DNA of 64,000 nt from positions 1-64,000 of the IMG/VR virus record IMGVR_UViG_3300029319_009270. One strand, 5' to 3'. The notes under the pieces are model-generated. The model was not told the origin of the DNA. It did no database searches and saw only the letters and a list, made by a program, of their open reading frames with translations. Of the stretch, positions 26,222 through 35,025 are shown piece by piece. The number at the start of each line of letters is the position of its first letter. Position 1 is the stretch's first letter. Source of the stretch: a virus. The translations under genes were made by a program, and so were the position numbers.

Positions 26222-26959
26222 TTACTCCTCTATTTCAAATATTTCTGTTTCGTCTAAATTATCGGTAATTCCAAAACGAAGTCTAATTACTTGTTCTTCG
26301 CGTTTAGTAAGCGTTTTAAAACAATCTGATATCACTGTTCTTAACACTTGATTATCCATCGCTTCTTCCATAGCAATGTGGTAATTATCCGGAATCATCT
26401 CTCCGATTGTTCTAGTTCCACCGTCTTGATATCCGACTTCCTTATCTAAAGAAACCAAATATCTCATTTTAATAGAATTTAAACTAGCTTGCGCCATTTT
26501 TTCTGATACATTTAGAGAACTGCATATTTCTTCAATTGTAGGCTCATGTCCAAATTCTTCCTCATATTGAAGAATCATTTCTTGAATATTTTTTGCAATG
26601 GATACAGCATGGGAAGGTATCCTAACAGTACTCTTATTTGTACTTATGTGACGTGTGACAGATTGTCTAATCCACCAGCACGCATAAGTTGAAAACTTAT
26701 AACCTTTTCGCCAGTCATACTTTTCAACTGCTTTCATAAGACCAATATTTGACTCTTGAATTAAGTCCTCCATACTACAACCTGACTTGTAATACTTCTT
26801 TGCTATGCTAATAGCCAAACGCAAATTCGCAGTGATCATTTTTTCTCTTGCTTTTTCATCACCCTGCTCAATTCTTTTTGCGAGACTAATTTCCTCTTCA
26901 TGTTTAAGTAGCTTATGTCTACCAACTTGTTTAAAATAATGTGTTAACACATCACTCAT
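26222..26959 (-). CDS. RpoD-like sigma factor lacking region 4.2
   Basis: Region 1.2 (YFKQVG..LL..EE..LA), region 2 (NLRLAISIAKKY, DLIQE.NIGLMKAVEKYD..KGYKFSTYA.WWIRQ), region 3 (EPT.EEI, VSLD), region 4.1 (LTKREEQVIRLRFG), then a stop. Confidence 0.9.
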   Translation of the reverse strand: MSDVLTHYFKQVGRHKLLKHEEEISLAKRIEQGDEKAREKMITANLRLAISIAKKYYKSGCSMEDLIQESNIGLMKAVEKYDWRKGYKFSTYACWWIRQSVTRHISTNKSTVRIPSHAVSIAKNIQEMILQYEEEFGHEPTIEEICSSLNVSEKMAQASLNSIKMRYLVSLDKEVGYQDGGTRTIGEMIPDNYHIAMEEAMDNQVLRTVISDCFKTLTKREEQVIRLRFGITDNLDETEIFEIEE

Positions 26960-26998
26960 ACGTACACCTCTTGTTAAATTTTATTTATTAATATTTAA

Positions 26999-27027
26999 AT
27001 TATAACTTTTAATTAATTAATTTGCAT
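26999..27027 (-). promoter_or_regulatory. Sigma70-like promoter ATGCAA-N17-TATAAT for the sigma gene
   Basis: Exact 17 bp spacer. Confidence 0.6.
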
Positions 27028-27032
27028 GTGTA

Positions 27033-27287
27033 TTAAGAATAGATTTTTCTATTCTGAATTTCACGCTGGATATAACAAAGATCAATTTCTCTATGCTTTA
27101 CATTTCGCTTTTGTCTTTTCCCTTTGTTAATAACACCTCTAATATCTAAAAATATTTTTCTTAGATCATCATCGGTCATCTTAGCTAAAGTATCTTCTGT
27201 GATAGGTCTTCTTCTAGACCTTGAAAATCCTTTTCCCTTAAAATTTGATAAACGACTATTGTCAGAATTATTTTCTTGCAATGACAT
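27033..27287 (-). CDS. Basic hypothetical protein
   Basis: EIDLCYIQREIQNR; Arg/Lys-rich. Confidence 0.55.
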   Translation of the reverse strand: MSLQENNSDNSRLSNFKGKGFSRSRRRPITEDTLAKMTDDDLRKIFLDIRGVINKGKRQKRNVKHREIDLCYIQREIQNRKIYS

Positions 27288-27290
27288 AAC

Positions 27291-27500
27291 TTATCTCACT
27301 AAATATTTATTTTTAATTATCTTGTTAAGAATTTTTTCCAAAGAGTATTTCTCAATGGATATATCCATTATAACATAAAAAGGACTAGTTTTATCATTTT
27401 TTTCAATTATTTTTTTAATTATTTTTTTTCGATACAAATAATCAATAACAATATCGACATAGTCTGGATCGTCAAATAGTATAGTTACTTTTTTTCTCAA
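27291..27500 (-). CDS. Hypothetical protein
   Basis: Operon packing. Confidence 0.45.
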   Translation of the reverse strand: MRKKVTILFDDPDYVDIVIDYLYRKKIIKKIIEKNDKTSPFYVIMDISIEKYSLEKILNKIIKNKYLVR

Positions 27501-27512
27501 TGAATACTCTAA

Positions 27513-27875
27513 CTAATATAAAATAGGTTTTCCATTTTTAAGTATCGGACGCTTGTTGTACGAAATAACCTTAATTGTTTTTACACCGGGCAGCTGTTTA
27601 ATTGCTTTAGACATTTCATCTAAATTAGCATAAAGATCTGACGATTCCGGTAAGTACTTAATACTTAAACCAATTCTTGCGCCTCCGCCTTGCAACCTAT
27701 CAACTTTTTCTGTCTGCCCTACAACAGCAAACCCGGGTAATGCTCTCATTCGAGTCATTAGATCAGGTACATGTGTATCATAATCTAATGCAATATAAAC
27801 TTCGGTCTTAAATAACTTGTACTTAAGGCGATAAATATTTTCTACAAATATATCTAAATCTTTTTTATTGCTCAT
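27513..27875 (-). CDS. Hypothetical protein (ferredoxin/ACT-like beta-alpha-beta pattern)
   Basis: Repeated (R/K).LPG[FV] units; ATATTTA motif 5 nt upstream of the ATG. Confidence 0.6.
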   Translation of the reverse strand: MSNKKDLDIFVENIYRLKYKLFKTEVYIALDYDTHVPDLMTRMRALPGFAVVGQTEKVDRLQGGGARIGLSIKYLPESSDLYANLDEMSKAIKQLPGVKTIKVISYNKRPILKNGKPILY

Positions 27876-27895
27876 GCATATAAATATCTTTTAGC

Positions 27896-29485
27896 TTAGA
27901 AACTTTCTGTTTCTTTTGAAATTTCTTCCACCATTGCGCATTCTGATGTTAGGAGCAATGTTGCAGCTGAACATGCATTTTGGATCGCGCAACGAACAAC
28001 TTTAACAGGATCAACAACACCTAAGTCAAACATATCTCCAAATTCTTCTTTTCTAGCATCATACCCATAAGACACATGATTTTTTTCCGCAATTTTTTCT
28101 ATAACCATATCAGGAGATCTACCTGTATTTTTAACTATTTGTTTTATCGGGGATAAACATGCTTGCTTTACGATTGAATATCCTGGATCATCTGTGATGT
28201 CACTAGAGCTTATATTATGTGATGCTCTAACTAAAGCGACGCCACCACCTGGAACAATTCCTTCCTGCAAAGCAGCACGTGTTGCATGCAAAGCGTCATC
28301 TACCCTGTCTCGTCTTTCAATCATCTCAGCTTCTGTGCTAGCTCCAACTCGTAATAATGCAACTCCACCGTTTAGCTGATGTGCTCTATATTTTAATGTT
28401 TCATACTCGTTTGTTTCCAAATCAGGTGATTCCATTCTTTGCTTAATACTTTCTAATCTTTCTTTGACGCGTTCATCAACAGACTTGTTAGCAACAAATA
28501 ACGTTGAAGATCTCTTAACAATTACTTTCTTGCAAGTCCCAAGATCATCAACAGTAAAATCATCAATAGAGTTTGAATTGTCAAATACTTTTGCTCCAGT
28601 TAGACATGCTAGGTCATGAAGCATGTCGTACCTAGCACTTCCAAAACCAGGAGACTTAATTGCACAAACTTTTAAATTACCTTTGACTCTGTTAACTACC
28701 AACCCTTGAAGCGCTTCATTGTCAATATCATTTGCAACAACGAGTATAGGCTTCCCAGTTTCCAGCACTGATTCTAGAGGCTTAATGATATCCTTCATTG
28801 TATCTAACTTTTTATTGCATAAAAATACAAAACAATTTTCTAGGAGCGCATGCATCTTATCTTGGTCAGTGATAAAGTATGGGGACAAATATCCTCTATT
28901 TAATTGTACACCTTCCACGATTGTAAGCTCGCTTTTGTAACCTTTGGCTTCTTCGACCAAGACACTCCCGTCAACACCAACCCTAGATATTGCGTTAGTT
29001 ATTAGTTCAGCAATTTCTTCCTCTCCATTAGAAGATATTAGCGCAATCTGTTTAAGCGACTGCTTATTTTCTATAGGCTTGGCTGATTCTTTTAACTGAT
29101 CAACAATATCACTAACAGCACTTTCCATACTTTTTCTCAGTAATACTGAATCTTGTCCTGATGATATCATTCTCAAACCTTGCTCATATAAAGCTTGAGT
29201 CAACACTGTCGCAGTTGTCGTTCCATCTCCTGCTTCCTCAGCAGATCTAGAAGCTGCTTCTTTAACAACTTGAACGCCTAAGTTTTGAAACTGATTTGAA
29301 AGATTAATTGCTTTTGCAACTGTAACACCATCTTTTGTAACAATTGGATGTTGACCAGGTCTTTCAATTAGAACTGTCTTGCCACGTGGTCCCATTGTTG
29401 TTCTAACTGCACTGGCTAATATATCAACACCTTGTCGAATACTTTCCCTTACCTCATGGTCAAATTTAACTACTTTTCTTGTCAT
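27896..29485 (-). CDS. groEL: Group I chaperonin
   Basis: TMGPRG, TKDGVTVAK, AGDGTTTATVL, RGYLSPYF, GIVPGGG; no GGM tail. Confidence 0.95.
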   Translation of the reverse strand: MTRKVVKFDHEVRESIRQGVDILASAVRTTMGPRGKTVLIERPGQHPIVTKDGVTVAKAINLSNQFQNLGVQVVKEAASRSAEEAGDGTTTATVLTQALYEQGLRMISSGQDSVLLRKSMESAVSDIVDQLKESAKPIENKQSLKQIALISSNGEEEIAELITNAISRVGVDGSVLVEEAKGYKSELTIVEGVQLNRGYLSPYFITDQDKMHALLENCFVFLCNKKLDTMKDIIKPLESVLETGKPILVVANDIDNEALQGLVVNRVKGNLKVCAIKSPGFGSARYDMLHDLACLTGAKVFDNSNSIDDFTVDDLGTCKKVIVKRSSTLFVANKSVDERVKERLESIKQRMESPDLETNEYETLKYRAHQLNGGVALLRVGASTEAEMIERRDRVDDALHATRAALQEGIVPGGGVALVRASHNISSSDITDDPGYSIVKQACLSPIKQIVKNTGRSPDMVIEKIAEKNHVSYGYDARKEEFGDMFDLGVVDPVKVVRCAIQNACSAATLLLTSECAMVEEISKETESF

Positions 29486-29688
29486 CCCTTTAAAACCCTT
29501 CTATTTGTAGAACTTTCAATTAATCTTTGGGGTACGTGAATGACTCTTCTAGTTTTTGTCAATATATTTTCTGCAACATACTTATCGCCAACACTAATGG
29601 CAACCTCTGTGTCGGTAATTATTTTTTCTTCCCTTAACAACTCTTGGGTTTGATTACTCAAAGTTTCATTCATACTAAAGCCTCTCAA
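29482..29688 (-). CDS. Small hypothetical protein coupled to groEL
   Basis: Stop overlaps the groEL ATG. Confidence 0.55.
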   Translation of the reverse strand: MRGFSMNETLSNQTQELLREEKIITDTEVAISVGDKYVAENILTKTRRVIHVPQRLIESSTNRRVLKG

Positions 29689-30475
29689 ATGTCTTAATAT
29701 AATTGTTCCATGTTTTTTCTTTTAACATTGAATCAAATCCTAACTCGAGAAAATAATCTTGTAAACTTTGAGAATCTAATTTAGATGTTATAATTTCCAT
29801 TTCATTTTCAGCATTACTAAGATCAACCAATCTAATCAAATTTATATTTCTATCAAATATTTCTCGCTTTACAGGGTCTTTTAAGAATTCCATAAGCAAG
29901 TCAGGATTACGCATAAGTTTGTCTGCAGTTTTATCTCCCACTTTGGGAATTCCTTTAATGTTGTCAGTCGGATCGCCTCTCAAGGCTTTCCATGTAACAT
30001 AATCATACGCTGGCTTTTCAATCTCTTTTTTCTTAACGGGATTGTAAAGTGTCACATTGCAAACGTTGTGAAGTTGAATAAAATCAGAATCACTGCTGAT
30101 TACAAAACAATCGTCGCCGTTTTTTGCGTGTTTATAAACATATGTTGCAATAACATCATCGCATTCAAAATCAGGATGTCGAACTGTTATAAAAGGCATG
30201 TATGTTTTAACTGCTTCAATTATTGAAGCCTTCTGTTCATGAAAATGTTTCCCGGGATTTTTTCTATTAGATTTATATTGGCCTTCGCTTAATGTGCTTC
30301 TGTGTTTTGGTTTACCTTCAAGAACAAAATAAACCAAATCAACCTTATACTTGTCAACAAGTGGTCGCACGCCTCTAAAAAAATTATAAATTACGTAATT
30401 ATCTCCCTTGGTAAAACCTGACCTAGCTCTGTAAATTAAGTTATAAGCATCAAGAAACAGTACTCTCTTTTTCAT
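29675..30475 (-). CDS. 5'-3' exonuclease/flap endonuclease (T4 RNase H / PolI N-terminal type)
   Basis: LDAYNLIYRA, ECDDVIA, SSDSDF.Q, GDPTDNIKGIPKVGDKTA. Confidence 0.9.
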   Translation of the reverse strand: MKKRVLFLDAYNLIYRARSGFTKGDNYVIYNFFRGVRPLVDKYKVDLVYFVLEGKPKHRSTLSEGQYKSNRKNPGKHFHEQKASIIEAVKTYMPFITVRHPDFECDDVIATYVYKHAKNGDDCFVISSDSDFIQLHNVCNVTLYNPVKKKEIEKPAYDYVTWKALRGDPTDNIKGIPKVGDKTADKLMRNPDLLMEFLKDPVKREIFDRNINLIRLVDLSNAENEMEIITSKLDSQSLQDYFLELGFDSMLKEKTWNNYIKTFERL

Positions 30476-30989
30476 TAATCACCTCTTCAGCATTATTGCT
30501 TTTATTAGCACCATTTATTATAACACTTTTTATATCTTTTTGCACGTGATTATCATTTTCATTAATTTTTTTACTATCACTACTCTTTGAAAGAACTCTA
30601 GCTTTATCTTTTATCTTGTTGATTGTTTTCTTTTTTTCTACAAACAAGTCCATGACTTCATCAGCTCGAGCTTCTGATGATATGTCAACATATGAATCTC
30701 CAAAGATTTGATCTTTCATTGTTATGGCATTGTTAATTAACTGTTCTACGCTATTCCTAGTGTTATCAAGCATAAAATTTCTAAGTAAAGATATATCATT
30801 AAAAACTCTCGCGGATACCTCGTTAAGTGTTACTGTCGTACCAGCTTTGTCAGGCATTTTTAAAACAAACTGCGTCGATACATCGTTAACAGTTTTTCTT
30901 GTTATCTCTTCCACTATTAAAGCAGGCATAATTTTCAAAGTTTTAGGACTAAGCAAATAAACTACTTGACCCACTTTATAATCTATCAT
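30450..30989 (-). CDS. Hypothetical protein with an N-terminal KOW/SH3-like domain
   Basis: YKVGQVVYLL. Confidence 0.6.
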   Translation of the reverse strand: MIDYKVGQVVYLLSPKTLKIMPALIVEEITRKTVNDVSTQFVLKMPDKAGTTVTLNEVSARVFNDISLLRNFMLDNTRNSVEQLINNAITMKDQIFGDSYVDISSEARADEVMDLFVEKKKTINKIKDKARVLSKSSDSKKINENDNHVQKDIKSVIINGANKSNNAEEVINEKESTVS

Positions 30990-31000
30990 ATTGTCACCAT

Positions 31001-31025
31001 AAAAAAAGCTACCCTAAGGTAGCTT
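31001..31025 (-). terminator. Intrinsic terminator
   Basis: AAGCTACC-TTAG-GGTAGCTT followed by a T-run on the minus strand. Confidence 0.75.
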
Positions 31026-31051
31026 CATTATAACAAGGAAACATGAAAAGT

Positions 31052-31243
31052 TTAATGATTCATTCTGTTTATTTCTTTTTGTAATTGCTCAGTTTCAACT
31101 AAAACTTCTTTTCCTGACGACTGTTTGTAAATTGTTAAATTAAGGTTATTCAATTCTCTCATTAATCTAACTTCACTTCTATGTCCGCCGTAAGTTTGAA
31201 ACAGCCTTATCAACCTTTCAATTGTTTTCTGATGTAATTTCAT
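31052..31243 (-). CDS. Hypothetical protein
   Basis: ATGA-coupled to the upstream gene. Confidence 0.55.
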   Translation of the reverse strand: MKLHQKTIERLIRLFQTYGGHRSEVRLMRELNNLNLTIYKQSSGKEVLVETEQLQKEINRMNH

Positions 31244-31869
31244 TCGTATCCAAATCCAAGACCAGGAATTAATCTTCCTTGATTAGTGTAACCTTTTCTA
31301 GAGTACTTAGGCTTTTTATTGCCGTACAACCAAGAACTATCGCTTTCATACTCATCAATTTGATCGATTTCACTTAAAATGTTTTGAACCTCTTGAGCAA
31401 CAATTCTTTTTAAATGATTTTCTTGCAATGCTCTTTTACGTCTATCATTATTTTGTTTTCTTGCATTGTCGATTTTCATCAGCTTTTTAGCTCTTCTGAT
31501 TTCACTCATAAGGACTGCTATGTCGACTTCAACCATTTCATTCATAGGATCCATTCCATGGCCCTCGTCATAGTGTCCCATGCCTTCACCATAGTTACCC
31601 TCGTTCTGCTCCTTCGCCTTTTCATCTTCATCATCTTCTCTAGCTTTTTTCATAGCGGCTTTAGCATCATCATGGGCTTTTTTACCGGCGCCGGGTTCTT
31701 TCTTGTCGCCGCCTTCTGATTTCTCATTGAGTTGATTACCGTAATAGAAGTCTGTAACATCACTAAGACCTGGATCTTCAAGATGACTTCTGTTACTTGC
31801 CTCATTTAAGGTTCGTGTGGTGTTTTGAACACCTGCTAATTTACAAATTCTATCAAAGTTAATATGCAT
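31240..31869 (-). CDS. Scaffold or core-like protein with multiple (L/I/M)xE sites
   Basis: RICKLAG...LNE, QLNE, MNE, LQENHLKRIVAQE; ATATTTA at 31889-31895; AGGAGG SD. Confidence 0.55.
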   Translation of the reverse strand: MHINFDRICKLAGVQNTTRTLNEASNRSHLEDPGLSDVTDFYYGNQLNEKSEGGDKKEPGAGKKAHDDAKAAMKKAREDDEDEKAKEQNEGNYGEGMGHYDEGHGMDPMNEMVEVDIAVLMSEIRRAKKLMKIDNARKQNNDRRKRALQENHLKRIVAQEVQNILSEIDQIDEYESDSSWLYGNKKPKYSRKGYTNQGRLIPGLGFGYE

Positions 31870-31922
31870 TTCATATTCCTCCTGCGAATAAATATGTAAG
31901 ATAATCTGTTTTTTCTAATTTA

Positions 31923-32273
31923 TTATTCTAAATTATTTCTTACATTCTGACCGATCTTGAGACCTTTTTCTGCAGCAACCTGCAACGGTTCCAGACCCAA
32001 TGCATTTCTGACTTTGTCGTATGTTTGCACATCAAGCTTATTTTTGAGAACAAGCATGTCAGCATACTGGTGTAAATCCCATTCAAAAACGGGTACCTCT
32101 TCACCATTCAACCCGGGTTCTGTTGAGTCTGTCTGCCTACTTTCAAATATAAAAAGCATTCTAGGCATTTCTTCATTTTGCGGAACCATTATAAAAGGTA
32201 TATGCGATGACGTCCCTTCCTCAGATTCCTCGTACATTATTTCTGGTATCCAGTTTGATTTTTTATTTTTCAT
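31923..32273 (-). CDS. Hypothetical protein
   Basis: Own promoter TTAACA-N17-TATAAT (32294-32322). Confidence 0.65.
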   Translation of the reverse strand: MKNKKSNWIPEIMYEESEEGTSSHIPFIMVPQNEEMPRMLFIFESRQTDSTEPGLNGEEVPVFEWDLHQYADMLVLKNKLDVQTYDKVRNALGLEPLQVAAEKGLKIGQNVRNNLE

Positions 32274-32325
32274 TTCATAACCTCTTTGATATCATTATAA
32301 AGAAATAAAAAATTAATGTTAAATT

Positions 32326-33576
32326 TTATTTAAATCGAATTTCTTGTAAATTGTTTGCAACTATATCGATTCCTTTTACAATTTTTTCAATATCAGGCGA
32401 TGCTAATATCGGAGCAGAATATTCTGGTGGTAACACTTTTTTAGCTGGGCCATCCCAATAATGTGATGGATAAATAAATGGATCATGAGTTCTGCTTAAG
32501 AAATATTGAAGCTGCTTTCTTGCATACTTTAATTGTATTACAAAATATTTTAATAAATTTCTAGCAATTCTTTTCGCTAATTTTTTTAACGATTCTTCAG
32601 GAGCCTTTACGCTAGTATTCCTTTCGAAAGGATTTAAAGAGGAAGTTTTATAATCCATATTTAAAGCTAAAGATCTTTGAATTAATTCGCTATTAATATT
32701 GTAGCCATGTGGATTAATTATCAAAGATATGTCAGTAAAAAGCTGATTGACAGCATAATTTGAATATGTAGCTGTTTCAGGAATGTCAGATATTCCTTTG
32801 AAAAGTTGATTAAAACCACGAATTATTTGATTTAAAGTTGTATTAACTTTTGAAGCCATGTAATTAACTGTACTAGCTGATGGTGCTTCACCAAATTTCA
32901 CTGCTTCTGTTATGTAGTAAGGAACCCCTGGCTTTTCTAAGTCTGGCGGAACAGGAGATCCCGGGAGGTTAGGTGGCTGGAATGTTGAAAACAAACCTTT
33001 TGATAAATTTAAAACATCATAAAAATAATAGACCATAAAATTTGATTTAATTTCATTAGTGTAAGTGATAAGTTCAGGTACAATTTTTCCAGATGTTCCT
33101 AAAACTTTATTAGCGATATCGTTTTTAAGCTCTGCGCCCTTACTGTTAATTTCAATTTTAATGACTTCATCAATTTCAGATGTTGTTTCAACATCCTTTG
33201 ATCGATCTAGTAATTTACTAATTTGTCTTCTAACAAACCCAGACTCATCAATTCTTTGAACTTTTACAATTCCACGCTTAGAAACAATGTCTAAAATTTC
33301 AGATTCTGACATCATGATCTGTGAACTATTTTTTTGAGCTAATCGATCTGATTTCTTCTTTAAGAATTTTAAAGTCTGAATAGCACTTTGGAGTCTTGCT
33401 GCTTCTTTTCTATAGAATTTTTTATTTTCAGATTTTTTAATCGTATCTTTGACTAGTTTCAAGTCGTTTATTAATTCGTCAATTTTTGTGCTATAATCTG
33501 GCGTGCCCAATGTTAAAAGCTTTTCTTGAGCAGCAGCTTCTTTTATCATGTTATCAATATTTTTTGATATACTCAT
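32326..33576 (-). CDS. Putative virion protein
   Basis: MIKEA and MSESEILDIV leader-like segments; in the ATAnTTA operon. Confidence 0.55.
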   Translation of the reverse strand: MSISKNIDNMIKEAAAQEKLLTLGTPDYSTKIDELINDLKLVKDTIKKSENKKFYRKEAARLQSAIQTLKFLKKKSDRLAQKNSSQIMMSESEILDIVSKRGIVKVQRIDESGFVRRQISKLLDRSKDVETTSEIDEVIKIEINSKGAELKNDIANKVLGTSGKIVPELITYTNEIKSNFMVYYFYDVLNLSKGLFSTFQPPNLPGSPVPPDLEKPGVPYYITEAVKFGEAPSASTVNYMASKVNTTLNQIIRGFNQLFKGISDIPETATYSNYAVNQLFTDISLIINPHGYNINSELIQRSLALNMDYKTSSLNPFERNTSVKAPEESLKKLAKRIARNLLKYFVIQLKYARKQLQYFLSRTHDPFIYPSHYWDGPAKKVLPPEYSAPILASPDIEKIVKGIDIVANNLQEIRFK

Positions 33577-33582
33577 TGCTGT

Positions 33583-34284
33583 TTATCTCGCCATTAAAAC
33601 TCTTATCTTTCTTCTTAGATCTTCTTTTCTTTGATTTTCATTGACTGCTATCGGAGGAGATGTGTCTTCTTCTTCACCTTCCCCTTCTGGCTCTGCTTCA
33701 GCTTTAGGTTCCTCAACATCTGCAGCAGCTTTTTCATCAGCCTTCTCATCTCCCGTAACAAAATCAATTGAAACAGGTGGGTCACCAGGATCTTGTGCAT
33801 CATTACCGCTAACAGATCTATTTAATATTTTTGATAATTCATCTAAGAAAGTATACAAGACTTGTCGTTCATTCTCATCTAATCTTTCATAATAAACATT
33901 TAAACTACCCTCAACTTCGTCATCTTTTAAAGAATGACCAGCCCTTAAATTATTGATAGCTTTTTTAATTGCACCAAAAGAAACTTTTTCAACCGGCTCT
34001 GATTCAGCTTTAGTATCATCAGGTGCATCAGCTGCAGCGCCTTCATCATCTTCAGGCGGTAGTAGATCACCTTCAGCTTCTGCTGCTGCATCACCTTCAT
34101 CTTCAAGAGGTTCGAAAGGTTGATCTTCATCAACCTCTTCAAGTGTGTATACATCCATATCTTTGCGTCTTAGTTCTTGATATTGTCTTGCATAAGGATC
34201 TCTTGATTTCTTGTAAGCTTCTTCTGCTACTAGCTTTAAGAACATATTTAATTGTTTCTCATTTTTAATATTAAAGTTCGACAT
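33583..34284 (-). CDS. Acidic leader-like, scaffold-like protein
   Basis: IKNEKQLNMFLKLVAEE; C-terminus VNENQRKEDLRRKIR. Confidence 0.6.
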   Translation of the reverse strand: MSNFNIKNEKQLNMFLKLVAEEAYKKSRDPYARQYQELRRKDMDVYTLEEVDEDQPFEPLEDEGDAAAEAEGDLLPPEDDEGAAADAPDDTKAESEPVEKVSFGAIKKAINNLRAGHSLKDDEVEGSLNVYYERLDENERQVLYTFLDELSKILNRSVSGNDAQDPGDPPVSIDFVTGDEKADEKAAADVEEPKAEAEPEGEGEEEDTSPPIAVNENQRKEDLRRKIRVLMAR

Positions 34285-34618
34285 GTTTCAGTGCTCTCCA
34301 AAATAATTCTTCATCTATAACTATCGTACATAAATCATTTTTTTTATCATTGTCATGATATAATCTAACTAATTTAAATTTCAAAGGAGTGTTAAATTCA
34401 ATTATTTTTTCCCTATAAGTGATATCGTTTAAAACAACTGTTTCTCTTAAATCATCTATAAAATTATTAAATGTTAAATAAGCCTTTTTATTTTCTACAA
34501 GCAATTCCCTAAGTATGTTTACATTGTTATTTTCATTCTTTACATAATTAGTATCGAATAATTTTTCTTTTGTCAAAATATTTTTAAGTGAGTCACTAAT
34601 TAAAAAATTTTCTGACAT
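34271..34618 (-). CDS. Hypothetical protein
   Basis: Operon packing. Confidence 0.5.
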   Translation of the reverse strand: MSENFLISDSLKNILTKEKLFDTNYVKNENNNVNILRELLVENKKAYLTFNNFIDDLRETVVLNDITYREKIIEFNTPLKFKLVRLYHDNDKKNDLCTIVIDEELFWRALKHVEL

Positions 34619-34620
34619 TT

Positions 34621-35025
34621 TTAATTCTCAATAAAATAATTGACATCTGAATAAAGTTCATCACTTATTTTTTTAATTTTTTTATCTTGTATTGTAATTC
34701 CATCAAAACCATGTGTATAAGTTTCTACTATAACCTCTAAATTATCAACAACAATTTTGCAATGGTGATTAATTTCAAATTGATATTTGTATAATTCGTT
34801 AACAAAATACATGACATGTTTCTTATCTTTAAAAGTATAAGTACGAACTAATCTTTCGGGATTAGTCGCAATAACCCACTCAGAATTATCCTCAATACTT
34901 ATTGGAATATCACCTTGCGGATTCGAATCAAAATGCTTCATCCCTAAAAGAGCATTGCTAATTTTTGCTAAATCAACTGTATCGTTAACATCATTGCTTT
35001 CCCTTAAATATCTTATTAAACTCAC
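34621..35025 (-). CDS. Pterin-4a-carbinolamine dehydratase-like protein with an N-terminal extension
   Basis: W......L.RTYTF......FVN......NHH..I.....V.V..YTH...GIT..D; extension MSLIRYLRES. Confidence 0.75.
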   Translation of the reverse strand: MSLIRYLRESNDVNDTVDLAKISNALLGMKHFDSNPQGDIPISIEDNSEWVIATNPERLVRTYTFKDKKHVMYFVNELYKYQFEINHHCKIVVDNLEVIVETYTHGFDGITIQDKKIKKISDELYSDVNYFIEN

